Position numbers and translations under genes: made by a program
Notes under the pieces: generated by a model
Databases searched by the model: none
The model's input: only the letters and a program-made list of their open reading frames with translations
What the model was told of the DNA's origin: nothing
Shown: positions 49,860 through 63,400 of the stretch, one piece after another
How positions within the stretch are numbered: position 1 is the first letter of the stretch
Layout of the letters: each line of letters starts with the position of its first letter
DNA from: Lingula anatina
Taxonomy: Eukaryota > Animalia > Brachiopoda
Length of the DNA: 64,000 nt
Reading direction: 5' to 3'
Assembly: GCA_051362555.1 (NCBI GenBank)
Contig: CM120642.1
Coordinates: forward strand, 26,102,001 to 26,166,000

Positions 49860-51250
49860 CTCATTGCAGAGGACCATAGCCAGCAATTTCGAAGGGGGCC
49901 TTGATCTGAAAAAGTGGACCTTTTACCGTGAAACCTACGTGTACCCTAGATTAGTTTTAACTCAGAGCTGCCCCTTTTTATCGGCACAAAGTGCGGTTCG
50001 TTCCCCCCTTCCTCCTTGTAGACCTCCTGTGCCACTCAAGTATTTTCCCAAGTAAAATGAGCCGTGACCAATACTTGTATTTTGCTTAAATGATATTAAT
50101 TTTAGCCGAATCCCATTCTTCAATATATACACCAAGGGGGCGATGGTCGACTTCGCATTTGAGGTCTGTCGTTCCGGACCCCCTTCAAATAATCCTGGAT
50201 CAGCCCGTGACATATATCTATGTGACGAAGTTGTTGTCTTTATTTTCTGCCGTTAATACGCGAGGTAGTAAATACAACTCTATAACTCGTAAATACAACT
50301 ACAATTCTAATTTCAAGAGGGGAATATTAGAGTGATTTTTTTCAGAAACCGAAGAGGGGGTCAGAACTCCCGTGACCCCCCCCCCCCACCCTCTAAATCC
50401 GCCACTGCTCCCATCGGTCATTCTCTGCCATGAATATGCGTGCTTGTGACATATATGAATAAAGAGAACTGGGTAATTTTATCTTATTCATTTTTTAATT
50501 AAAAAGATGCACAATGGAAACTTTCAAGAATCATATACGAATAACAAGATCGTTAAATTACTCTTTGCGAAACGGCAATAAAATGCACTCAGCTGTAATA
50601 CGTTTGTCAGCATTAAAAACAGCTGAAATTTTTCCAGCATACATGTTCTTTTTTACTCCTTTTTTTTTTTTTTTTTACTTACTTACCCCTGACACTTGAA
50701 ACGGGTGCAAAGCAAACGTGTAGGTTTGATATATTAGACTACAGTTATAGACGAATGGATTCAATATCTAATCTGTAATATCTACAGGGCCGTAGCCTGA
50801 GCAAAATGCCAGGGGGGGGGGGGGGGGCAGTAAGCGGACACAAGGGGGCAAAGCCGATGGGGGGAGGGTGTGGGAGGGGGTATTCCCCTCACCCCCTCCC
50901 ACGGTGTGGAAAATTTTTTAAAACTTTATGTGTAATACTGCATTCTGGTGCATTTTAACTGTTATTTATTGCTCAATCAGAAGTCAGAAATTGAGGGTTC
51001 ATTTTGCCATAAGTATAGTCATTTTTTCAACACAACACGCCAATTGGACTTTTTGGCATGAACTCAGTTGGCTAAAAACAGTACACCGTTGTAAACAGAT
51101 TGTTGAATGATTGTCTGGTGGCCATGAGTGCATTTTCTCACAGAATTGATACCAACTGTGCAATTATTTTTTTTACCTTTGCGATTATTTTTTTGCACCT
51201 CAAATCCGGGGGGGGGGGGGGGGGGGCAGCTGCCCCCCCCCCCCCCCTCA
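49860..51250. mobile_element. Cluster of G/C-run MITE-like fragments (CAGGGC/CAGTGGCGGAT-type ends)
   Basis: cagggccgtagcc...G-run (50785) with an internal gggagggg/cccctccc hairpin and a GnCAGCTGCn end (~51250); reverse cagtggcggattt at ~50407; related fragments at ~49866 and ~50200. Confidence 0.45.
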
Positions 51251-53022
51251 TCAAATGTCTAAGGGAATACAGCTATTTTTCTAAGAAGCTATCAGATTAC
51301 AGAGATTATGTACATTTGCTTTTTCTCGTGAGAATGGTTTGAGCCACGACCCCTCACCTAAAATGAACCCTACCTGTCGATATTTACATAACAATAGGTC
51401 ACTCATCGCAGCATGAGTTATCGTCCAGACTGGTCACTTGACAGTTGGGCACCGAAAAGTGACGACGCAGGATATGCAAGGTACAATCGCAAGTTCAAGC
51501 TTTTATTGGGCGTAGAAGAAAATATATCTTGCAAGTATAATTAAATGTATAATTATCTTTGTAATAAAAAACTATAAGCGCGTAAGTTTAGTCAAATGTT
51601 TATAACACGTCTTTGCCATGTTATATATCAGAATGCATGCAGAAAAATCGGTGCACACAGCTGTGCGTTAAGTAGCATCAAACTTTCTTTGGTTTCTCAA
51701 TGCACTAAGTTTAATACTAATTAAAAAGAATTTTATTATACGTGGAGGTTCACGCCGTCTGCATGTAAGGTGACCCATCTCGCCATAGATTATATAACGC
51801 TAACAATATCAAGACATGTTATATATGTATACCCGGTATTAATCAAATTCAATTTTTAGTGCAATAGCTTGACGGCCATCATAAATTCGATGTATGCGTT
51901 AATTTCATACCATTATCTAAAGTAATCTCAAGCCAAACCTTTTTTGAAACTTTCAGAAATGTCAACAAGATGTAAGGAATTTCAATTATAACTGCAAACC
52001 TTATATATCTATCATACGCAAGTATCAATACTAAATATTTTTTTCTTATTTCAGATGCACCAAATTTTCCGATTTACTGCATGAACGGAACCTGCAAGTC
52101 TTTTGTTCCGATTCTGGAACCCGACGCCCTTATATTATATGCACATTATTGTCTTAAAACCGAATAAACGCATTTATCTTTGGTTTTTCATTTTGACATG
52201 AAGTACTTAAAATGGTAATGATAATAAGGGAAATGATTGATCTGATAGAAAAAATGTATTCAAAATATTTTAGAAATACCTGCAAGAATAATTTGTACTT
52301 AAAATCCTACTTTGCTAAATTTGTTTCTATTTCTAAAATAATCTTATACTATAATGAAATTAAGCACCAAATACAGATAGTTTAAAGATTGCGACTCTCA
52401 CTGAAATTTGCTAAATAGTTTGGGATGGTAAAGTATTGATCACAAATGTTCAAATCCCTATTCTCATGCACGTGTTTCGTTTAATGAAAAATATCATGTA
52501 AAGATAATTTTCCTACTACCATCACCAGGTCATAAAAATATACTGAATAATTCAAGTAACTATTTCTTTGATTTCAAATCTTAGCATATTAGAGCTTCAT
52601 GTACTATTCAATTATGTTAATAAAATGTTGACATCCCCTGCCCTGCAAACCTTGCTGGCATACTTGTTTATTTTGGATTTGCCCCATTCTCTTTGAGGAA
52701 TTTTGGTGTTATCTTGCTGCCCAAGTTTCTCAATTTTTCTTATTGGGTTTGTTTTGCATGCTTGCTAAATCTTGTTTTTTCGCCATTAAAGTTGATGTTT
52801 AATCACAAAAGCAATAGGAGAGCCCCGTGTTCTGAAATCACTAACTAAAAAAAAAAACGTAATACCTTCGCACTAAATCATAGAGATAAAAATATATCTA
52901 TCTACAAAGAAATTCTTGGAAATGGAATGAAATAGTTTAATTTTAACTTTCAACTAATTGGTGCGCAATTCTTTACATTGTTTTGATCTTTACTTTTCAC
53001 ACTCAAAATAGAATGAGCTCAC

Positions 53023-53385
53023 CCCACCTGCAACCCTTCGTGTGGAATGTACTTTCCACACCTGCCACCCCTAAAATAAAATGAACTCACACAACCTGCC
53101 ACCCTCCAAAAAAAAAAAGAGATGGGCTCTTCCCACCTGTCACCCCCAAAGGAGATGGATTCTCCCCACCTGTCACCCCTCAAATGAAAGGACAAGCCAC
53201 ACCTGTCACCCTTTTGATAAAATGGACTTGTCCCACCTGTCACCCTCAAATGAAATGGACTCGCTCCACCTGTCACCCCTTTGATAAAATGGACTTGCCC
53301 CACCTGTCACCCTCAAATGAAATGGACTCGCCCTACCTGTCCCCCCCCTTCGATAGAATGGACTCGCCCCACCTGTCACCCCTCG
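53023..53385. repeat. Minisatellite, ~33-34-bp unit, ~11 copies
   Basis: ccacctgtcaccc...aaatggact(c/t)gc repeats, alternating tcaaatgaaatgg and tttgataaaatgg variants. Confidence 0.9.
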
Positions 53386-56300
53386 CCACGGGATGGACAA
53401 AAATAAAAAAAACCACGTGCTTTACTATAATACAGTTTATTAAGATTTGAATTAAAGGATTGCAGAATCAAATACATTTTAAAAGTATTAATTGGAAACA
53501 GCTTTGTACGTGCAGTATGCATGATAATTAGCCTGAACCCAAGTTTTAATAAATTGAATGTAAAAACAAAGTTTAATGCAGATTTTATTTTATTCAGTAG
53601 AAACGCAACTATTTTGATAGCAAGATACACAATACTCTTGCAAAACAGAAAAATGGATTTTTTGCACATACAGAGTGCCTGAAAAAGACCATTCAAACGT
53701 TATACATACCAGTACATGCAAGCTAGGCGAAAATGCATGAAAATTTTTAATTTATCTTTAAAAAGATACCGACTTGTGGAATACTGGTGCATTGTTTCAA
53801 AATGTTGGTCTTTCTTACCGATTTTGGTTTCAGATTCAAACGTTGTTTCACAAGTAATGTTAGAATATCCAAAAAGTATGCATAAAAGGATGAAGGCAAA
53901 TAATAAAAAATGGAGGGATTTGTTTTTTAAAAAAAGAATTGGATTTATCAAAGTATGCTACATGATAAATTGGAAAAATCTACAGCATATATTAATTTCT
54001 CGTTTAAATTAGCTGTTATGTTTCAGCACTGTTAATAAGATAGACGCTGGCGAAAATGAAATTAAATACCATTTATATTTTTAAAATTACAATCGGTAGT
54101 GAAAAAATTCACGTGAATTCTTAATGTGCGACGTAAGGCACTGCATCACATAAGCAGCGATCTCAATACATGGACAAAATTTGGGCAAAGATATCATTTG
54201 ACAATTTGCAAAATTTTCAAGCCATCTTTGCGTGTTTTGAAACAGTTCAAAGAATACAATTTGAACTAGATTACATATATTTTAAAAAGCATGTGTATAA
54301 AACACCACTTTTATAACCGTCTCTGGGTTGTTTAGAAATTGAAAACTCCAAAAAGAACTGTACATTTATTCGGGTGAAATAGTTCGTCACTCGTTAGTTT
54401 ACGATTGCATCGTTATAAACACCTAAAATTAATAATGCAATTTTACAATGTCAATTAAGAAAAAAATATCATGTGATAGCTAATCGACTTTAAAGAATGA
54501 TCTTACCAGAGATTAGACTAACTTTACGGTGAATAAACACACCTTTATCCCCAAAGTTTAATTAATCGTGTAGATAGTTTGAGTAGCCGAAAGGGTTTTA
54601 ATGGAATCAGATTCATCCGAGCTCGTTGTTTGGAACAATTAAAAAGAATTATGATTGATACCTAAGGTACATGGCTTATAAATGATATCAGTAAATTATT
54701 TTCAATTAAGAGAATCAATACGTAATCCTACAACGATTTTAAAATCACAACATGATCAGGCGCCAGTTCACCAGTTCGTAAAACTGTTCAATCCTTATAA
54801 CTGTATGTACGTGTGCGCTCGTTTGCATGAGTGCGTCCTGTTCCTTAATACGGACTGAAGGCTAGGCGTGGTCCCATCAGTCACGTGCCTTCTGCAGTCA
54901 GCGAATAAGATTGCAGTTCTGAAATATGAATATAATACGTTAATAACACAATTATTCTAAGGTGATACATGTATTCCTTTAGACTAAAGAAACTTCAAAT
55001 GAAAAAGTAGAGTTGATATTGAAAGAATTAGCACTGGCTGAGCATCAAATTTATAAAGAAATTTCAATAAAAAGATATAAAATTAGGATAAAAGGAGCAC
55101 AAAAGAACTATATACATGTATATTTCTGAGCAAATGTCAATAAATGTGATGCTTGTCTCTAGCACTTTGAAACGAATGGCCAGGAAAAAAAACGTACATG
55201 TAAAATCCACCACCTTTGTTCATGTGTTTTAGCTTCAAATTAAGAAAAGTAAAAAGATTTTTTAAGCAGACACTCAAAGTTAAATACTAGTAAATTGAAC
55301 AAATATTGAAGAAATGTCTATAAAATACAGGTGACAGAAACTGGACAACAAAATGTGACAGTTCACATGCATCCGTATTCTTCATGCTTCCAGCGCCAGC
55401 GTGCCATCGAGTTTTTAAATATTTTAAAAGATAGTCACCACAACTTCAAAATGTGAAGGACCACCCAGCTACATGTATATTATCCACTGTTTTTTTAGAG
55501 GGCATAATAATTTGAACACCCAGAAACGTGAACTACACGGTACTAGAAAAGTTGAAAAGTGGCCATTGTGAGAAACATTCCGGGTGCAAATAACACCATG
55601 GTCATTACCGACAGAGAACAATAGAAATGCAAACAAAGTTGCACATATAAACTGCCATTTCACGTTACGCCTAACTTTTTTTCATTATTATACGTCTTCA
55701 TTACAAGACTGAAAAAGAAATGTCACTTACAAGACATATTTGCTTCAACGCAGTTGAAAGTTCGGCCTTACGTCTTCGTCTCACACAGTCCAGCTGTCAA
55801 GCGACTAGAATTCAGAAAACGTCTCGCACCGTGCCCACCGACGAGTTGTTATGTAAATCACCAAGGTCGCACGTGACTAGGCGAGTTGCTACTGTAATCA
55901 TTTTCTCTAGAAATAGGGGAATATATTTACGTATTGCTTGACAGATACATTAATGAAATCAGACTTTTGGGCGAGTTCTGGAGTGATCGAGACGTATGAC
56001 CCAGGGTGAATTTAAAAGGATCGTATTATTCGTCCAATTAATATTTATAACTTAACCAATCCTTTATCAGTGCAGAATGCACCAAGACGTACATGTAAAT
56101 CCTGACCGTTACGCGAAGTTCGGGCCTTTTGTCATGTTAATCCAGAGGTATGGATCATTCCGAGCAAGGGGAGTGGTGCGCATTTGCAGCCACCGCCACA
56201 TCAAGTGTTCAGCCTGTGGATAATCATTAAAAAAATCTTGATGTAGGGACCCCCCCCCCCATGCACTCTAATACATGTACAAAACAGTTACACGTTCACG

Positions 56301-57293
56301 CATGTAGGCAGATGCCCTGCCCTGCAACGAGCTAACTAAATCCACTTAAGGGTTAATTACAGGTAAATAATGACTAAATCAATGTCCATCCCCCTGATTT
56401 TATTTAGTAATAGGACAATTCTTACATAGACATACATACATAAACATACACAAAATTGCACAATGTATAATGAAGCTGCAAAGGAAATAATACTGTACTC
56501 TCAGCTACTAGGATCATTTAATCATATGGAATTGTAAATTCGAAGCAAAGCAGTTTTGAAAATATTATTAATTCAATGTTTAAAGGTGTGCATATATTTT
56601 TTGCCACATTAGTTTATCCATTATTCTATCCAGGATACAAAAATGTACACTTATTACACACTAAATAGTCATTTCCACTTGTACATAACTTCTTGATAAT
56701 GGTGTTATCAAATACACGATGTAATAGTTACTGTAGTAAATCTTGAAAGAAAATTACCAAGAAATAAAAATCAATGCACATATTCTAAATTTACTATCCA
56801 TAACACTTCTCTTTGTACTTATACTTCATATAACAATATGTCCATTGAGCACGAAAGGGGGGTGCTACAGACATGGGTATAACTTGAACTTGCATGTTCA
56901 TATCACCATTATTAGTATAATTAATCTTTTTTAAAACACACATTCAGACCGTTGAAAACTTGGGATATAGTGACAAAAAGGTCACTTACCATAGGATTTT
57001 TTTAAATCACTTTGAATACAACCAATAACATTACACAATGAATAATGTGTATTCTAATACTTTAAACTATTTTTTTTTCATTCGAGCTTTGCCAGAATTC
57101 ATTACATAACAAGGAACCACATGACTGATAAGCAAGTCCAGACTAGACTGATAAAACATTAGATTTCAAAAGGCTCCACACCAGGATCCTCTACAAACAT
57201 CCACTATCACAAATTAGAACTGTAAACTTTTAACCTTTAAGAAACCCAAAAGATTTTTAAAGAGTTTTATCCATCTGCTCTTTCTCATTTTAA

Positions 57294-57329
<36 letters not shown>

Positions 57330-57480
57330 AGAATTTTAGCAAGCATGTTGTAACCTTGAAATTTCAAACATTTTACCCAAAGAGCAATCCAATTTCCATT
57401 ATATGTGCATTTTTAATTTGTATATTAATGGCTGAATAAACTCTTAAGTTAATTCCACTGGTGACCACTTGCTACATTAA

Positions 57481-60400
57481 CTAAGACCATTCTGACCCTT
57501 CTTCAGCCACCCCAGCGTCCACCTCACTGTCCGTGTCCTGAGAGTGACCTTCTTCTTGGTCAGCACCTTCATCATTCACATCTGCTTCAAAGCCACTGTC
57601 CCCATTGGCTGCCTCCTGACCATCATCAAATATTATGTCTTCAGGGTTGGGGGCTTTAGGGAGAAACTCTTCCCCTGGGCATATTTTTTCAAAGACTTGT
57701 CTTGCCTGAAAATGAGAGGAAAATTTGAAAGAATTATGAAAATGTGAATTTTGATGATGCAGATTGTAAAAAGGGAGTAACTAATCAATGCACCAAGCCT
57801 GTAAAATTAAACACCATTTCATATGATCAGCATGCACATCTTGTGTGAAAATCTTTTAGATAGTTACGTGAATAATAAGCAGATATTATATTTCAGAGGA
57901 CTTGGGACAGACTTAAGAAGCAGGGATCAGCTTCTGACCAAAGGTGCCATTATATTAAGAAGATACCTAATATTTTAATATTAAAATTTTGATACCATAG
58001 TGCTGACTCACCTCTAGAATGGAATGCTCAAAATCCAGTGTTGCCCCAGGTCCAGCCACCAGGACCACATTCTCTGGGGTTTTCTCATTCAAATCACATC
58101 CAGTATTGTCCATCTGGTTGAGGTGGAGTGACCACAGCACTCTGGGTCTGGTATCTGTATGATCTGCTTCTGCTGGAAAATAGTTATCAAAACCAATGTC
58201 ATTGATGATAATTATGTGAAAAAAAATGTGTGGGAAAAATCAGATAATGCCAAATTTATTAACTTGACAGACATTTGAGAATAATGTGTTAAAGCAAAAT
58301 GGCAACATTATGGCAGTCACAGTGTTCATGGCTACTACTCGGCCTCCAACAATGTGGACAGAAGAAGGCAATGTCAACTTATGCAGACATCATCTGCACA
58401 TAAATATAACCCTAATGGGGGAAACCAATATTTAAGTGTTACAGTAGTTATTTACTATAAATTATGTTCTTTTCTATAATGACTTTCATCCTGAACTGAA
58501 TAAACCATCTTTATGTATGATCTTTACCTTGTTCAACGGGCTTGAAGAGGAGATCTTCAGCTGGCTTAAGGTCTTCTTCAGCTGAATTACAACCTTGACA
58601 AGTCAAATGCACCACATCTGAAATCAAAAGAGAAAAGCACAGTAACACCAATGCCTTTAACTAAAAGATGTCTCAGGATTCTATTGTTTTTGTTTCCATG
58701 ACATCTGAGTTTTGACACAGATTTATATGTACATGATGCACAGTCAGAGCACATGTTTTGAATGCAGGACACTTAGTACATGTAAATTAACCAGATATCA
58801 TATAGCAGAGGACAGGTATATGCACAGTTTTGACTTACGAAGTCCCTTGGGACAGGCATATGTGGCAGGGCTCAGCTCCATGACAGTGATAGGATCTGTC
58901 TGACCATTAGCTGGTGGCAGATGCATCAGGGTAATCTGCAGATAGACAAATATATACATTATGTACAAGTAGTGTGTATGTGTGTGTACAAGTGTGAGGA
59001 CCTTGCAGAAAGATGCACAGAGTAAAATGTAAGTAATAAAATGTACCAAAACATTATATATCCATATCAACACAAAATCCAAACAGCTGCATAGTCATTT
59101 AATCATTATTTTCTAAAGACTTGATTCTAAAATCTTACTTACTTAGAGCAAAATATTTATGTCAGTATGGAGAATGAGGAAAGTAAAGCTGATATTGTTC
59201 AAATTACAATAATAAGGATAACTACCTGATCTTGATCATCTGTGCACAAAGATTTGTCAGTGATGTAAATCCCTCTTGAACTTTTTCTGCAAAGAGAAAA
59301 AAATAATAAAGCAAAGCAAATTAAAACCCAGTGTGTGTTAAATAATGAGAAACTATACCTCTGATTTTCACGAATGTTTACTGTTCTACTGTCTGTGCAC
59401 CCCATTTTGGATATAACATTCTCAAAGAAAAGAAAGTGAATTTCAGGGCACATAACCAGGAGTTCTTACATCATTTCATGCTGATTTCAGGATTTTAAAA
59501 GTATTAAATAAGAAATACCCCCAAGTTGGAAAATTATTAAATAAAAATTACCCCCAAGTTGGTGGACACATCACTTTAGACTGGCCCTTACCTGTTTCTG
59601 GAATTTTCTGGCAACAATGCTTCTGATGCAAGGCCACCTTCCATTATAACCCAACTGAAAATAAATTAATTAAATAATTAATAAATATACTCACTCAATA
59701 CTGACAATAAACTAGAGGATCAGAGAGGCGATACCGCCTCCGAATATTGTACCACCAGCTGGAGCAAGCGCATTCGTATAGACCCCCACATACACAAAAT
59801 AAGGGACACAGCCACCAGTTTTGTGCTTGACAAGCTGTAAAAATGCAATCAACAAGAATTTTTAAACTTTTGCAAAAAATATATATGGTACAATCAAATT
59901 TAAGTTCTTCGTAAGATAGGTCAAGGGTCAATTTCAAGGTCACAGTAAATTGCCAGTATATGACTTCCTATTCAAGTTCAAGAGTAACTATGGACCTATC
60001 TCTGCCAGTTTTGGAGATAAAAGGGAAGCAAAATTTGCAAAGTTCAGTTCATGGTGAAAAGTAGGTCAAAGGTCAATTTTAAGGTCACATTTAGATTGCC
60101 AGTATATGACTTCCTATTCAAGTTCAATAATAACTATGGACCTATCTCTGCCAGTTTTGGAGATAAAAGAAAAGCAAAATTTGCAAAATTCAGTTCATGG
60201 TGTAAAGTAGGTCAAAGGTCAATTTTAAGGTCACATTTAGATTGCCAGTATATGACTTCCTATTCAAGTTCAATAGTAACTATGGACCTATCTCTGCCAG
60301 TTTTAGAGATAAAAGGGAAGAAAAATTTGCAAAGTTCAATTCATGGTGAAAAGTAGGTCAAAGGTCAATTTTAAGGTCACATATAGATTGCCAGTATATG

Positions 60401-63400
60401 ACTTCCTATTCAAGTTCAATAGTAACTACGGACCTATCTCTGCCAGTTTTGGAGATAAAAGGAAAGCAAAATTTGCAAAGTTCAATTCATGGTGAAAAGT
60501 AGGTCAAAGGTCAATTTCAAGATCACATTTAGATTGCCAGTATATGACTTTCTATTCAAGTTCAATAGTAACTATGGACCTATCTCAGCCAGTTTTGGAG
60601 ATAAAAGAAAAGCAAAATTTGCAAAATTCAGTTCATGGTGTAAAGTAGGTCAAAGGCCAATTTTAAGGTCACATTTAGATTGCCAGTATACGACTTCCTA
60701 TTCAAGTTCAATAGTAACTATGGACCTATCTCTGCCAGTTTTGGAGATAAAAGGGAAGAAAAATTTGCAAAGTTCAATTCATGGTGAAAAGTAGGTCAAA
60801 GGTCAATTTTAAGGTCACATATAGATTGCCAGTATATGACTTCCTATTCAAGTTCAATAGTAACTACGGACCTATCTCTGCCAGTTTTGGAGATAAAAGG
60901 AAAGCAAAATTTGCAAAGTTCAATTCATGGTGAAAAGTAGGTCAAAGGTCAATTTTAAGGTCACATTTAGATTGCCAGTATATGACTTCCTATTCAAGTT
61001 CAATAGTAACTATGGACCTATCTCTGCCAGTTTTGGAGATAAAAGGGAAGACAAATTTGCAAAGTTCAATTCATGGTGAAAAGTAGGTCAAAGGTCAATT
61101 TTAAGGTCACATACAGATTGCCAGTATATGACTTCCTATTCAAGTTCAATAGTAACTACGGACCTATCTCTGCCAGTTTTGGAGATAAAAGGAAAGCAAA
61201 ATTTGCAAAGTTCAATTCATGGTGAAAAGTAGGTCAAAGGTCAATTTCAAGATCACATTTAGATTGCCAGTATATGACTTTCTATTCAAGTTCAATAGTA
61301 ACTATGGACCTATCTCAGCCAGTTTTGGAGATAAAAGAAAAGCAAAATTTGCAAAGTTCAATTCATGGTGAAAAGTATGTCAAAGGTCAATTTCAAGATC
61401 ACATTTAGATTGCCAGTATATGACTTTCTATTCAAGTTCAATAGTAACTATGGACCTATCTCAGCCAGTTTTGGAGATAAAAGAAAAGCAAAATTTGCAA
61501 AATTCAGTTCATGGTGTAAAGTAGGTCAAAGGTCAATTTTAAGGTCACATTTAGATTGCCAGTATATGACTTCCTATTCAAGTTCAATAGTAACTATGGA
61601 CCTATCTCTGCCAGTTTTGGAGATAAAAGGGAAGAAAAATTTGCAAAGTTCAGTTCATGGTGAAAAGTAGGTCAAAGGTCAATTTTAAGGTCACATATAG
61701 ATTGCCAGTATATGACTTCCTATTCAAGTTCAATAGTAACTACGGACCTATCTCTGCCAGTTTTGGAGATAAAAGGAAAGCAAAATTTGCAAAGTTCAAT
61801 TCATGGTGAAAAGTAGGTCAAAGGTTTATTTCAAGGTCACATTTAGATTGCCAGTATATGACTTCATATTCAAGTTCAATAGTAACTATGGACCTATCTC
61901 TGCCAGTTTTGGAGATAAAAGGGAAGCAAAATTTGCAAAGTTCAGTTCATGGTGAAAAGTAGGTCAAAGGTCAATTTCAAGGTCACAGTAAGATTGCCAG
62001 TATATGACTTCCTATTCAACTTCAATAGTAACTATGGACCTATCTCTGCCAGTTTTGGAGATATAAGGGACTAAATGTTATAATTTTGGAGTTACCATAA
62101 TGTGCCTTAAATTTCGTACAGAAAAAATTAATTAAAATAAAGAAAATGTTATTTTGGTCAAAATTCTTGAAAAAGGAGGTGCTCTGAAGTTTCTGAAGTT
62201 TCAGAAGTTCAAATTTGATGAAATAAGGTCATTTTTGAACACAAGTTGTCTGCTTTGCCAAGCCTTATGTTTTATTTTTCCAGAGTTCAAAATTTATTAT
62301 CCATTACCGTACTGCACATTTTGCTTTTACCACCAATATGTACTTTTTGATACAGCGTAACTCGAAAACCGTATGGAATACAAAAAAACCGAGACCACCT
62401 CCAGTGTTGGGCTTTACATGCTCTACAAAATGCAAAAAAGAATGGGTCTCTAGCATTAACGGTTCCCGAATTAGAGACAGTTTTCAGTTTCGGTATCTTA
62501 TGGCCGCTACTCCCGTGAAAATGCACCGATTGACCCCAAATTCATGGAGATGAAAGATGACCTGAAGGGTAACACTTTCCAGTAATATTATTGGTTAAGT
62601 CTGTGTAGTGTCTGAATAACAGGGCAAAAAAATTTTTTTTCATAAAAAATTTCATTTTTTTGAAAATTTTGGCCCATTTGACCTTGAAGTAAAGGTCAAA
62701 GGTCAAATCCAAGGGTATATTTGAAATCTACACATATGACTTTTGGAAAGCCGTCTATAGAAATTTTTCCCATAACTCCTTCCGTAGGGTAGATAATTAG
62801 CATTTAATTTTGCCATTTTTAGACAAGGGTGCATTGTAATGAGTGCCACACCCAGACCCCAATACCGACAAAGCCCAAATTTTACGTGGAACGAGGTGAG
62901 ATTATAGGTGACCTAAATCCATGAGATGGGTACGGGGGCCCTTACCGTCTAGGAGGAGAAGCGGTAACGGTAGCCGTCCGGCGGAGCCGGCGGAGCCGGC
63001 GGAACGATCCGGACGGGACCGAAACCATGTGTACCGCCAGCGCTAACGCTGGTGGTACAATTACATGTCCATAAGTTATACTAAGAGTTAACAATAAGTC
63101 CATAAATCATACGTTCTTCCTTCTAGATACATGTTTGTAATTTTTTTTTTAAGTCTAGAAACAAAGTATAATAAAATTGTGCAAAATTAATGTTTGCAAT
63201 AAATGGGCAAATTGCATTAAGATATTGTATATAAACTCACTTGCACTTAATTCTTAGACCCTCTGTGTCTATAATGCCCACACATCTGAAAATAATATAA
63301 TTTTCATCATTATTCTTTGTTTCTACTGTAAAAGCACAAACACACACAAAGCACATCTTGATAATGGATTCACATATATATATAAAGATAAAAACGCCTT

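Noticed and set aside
53019-53450. Overlapping repetitive ORFs on both strands
   Set aside because: Artefacts of the 33-34-bp minisatellite.
55469-55663. 64-aa ORF with a signal-peptide-like start
   Set aside because: Starts at GTG, has no recognisable motif or splice support, and is expected by chance in T-rich DNA.
59695-59943. Cys/Trp-rich 82-aa ORF with apparent splice sites
   Set aside because: Lies on the HINE terminus and is not needed for the REP reading frame.
60051-61670. Three near-identical 101-aa ORFs ([10 protein letters not shown]...)
   Set aside because: Translation by-products of the 146-bp satellite; no protein motif.
59915-62070. Regular repeat array as a CRISPR candidate
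   Set aside because: No unique spacers, no cas genes, eukaryotic intron context.
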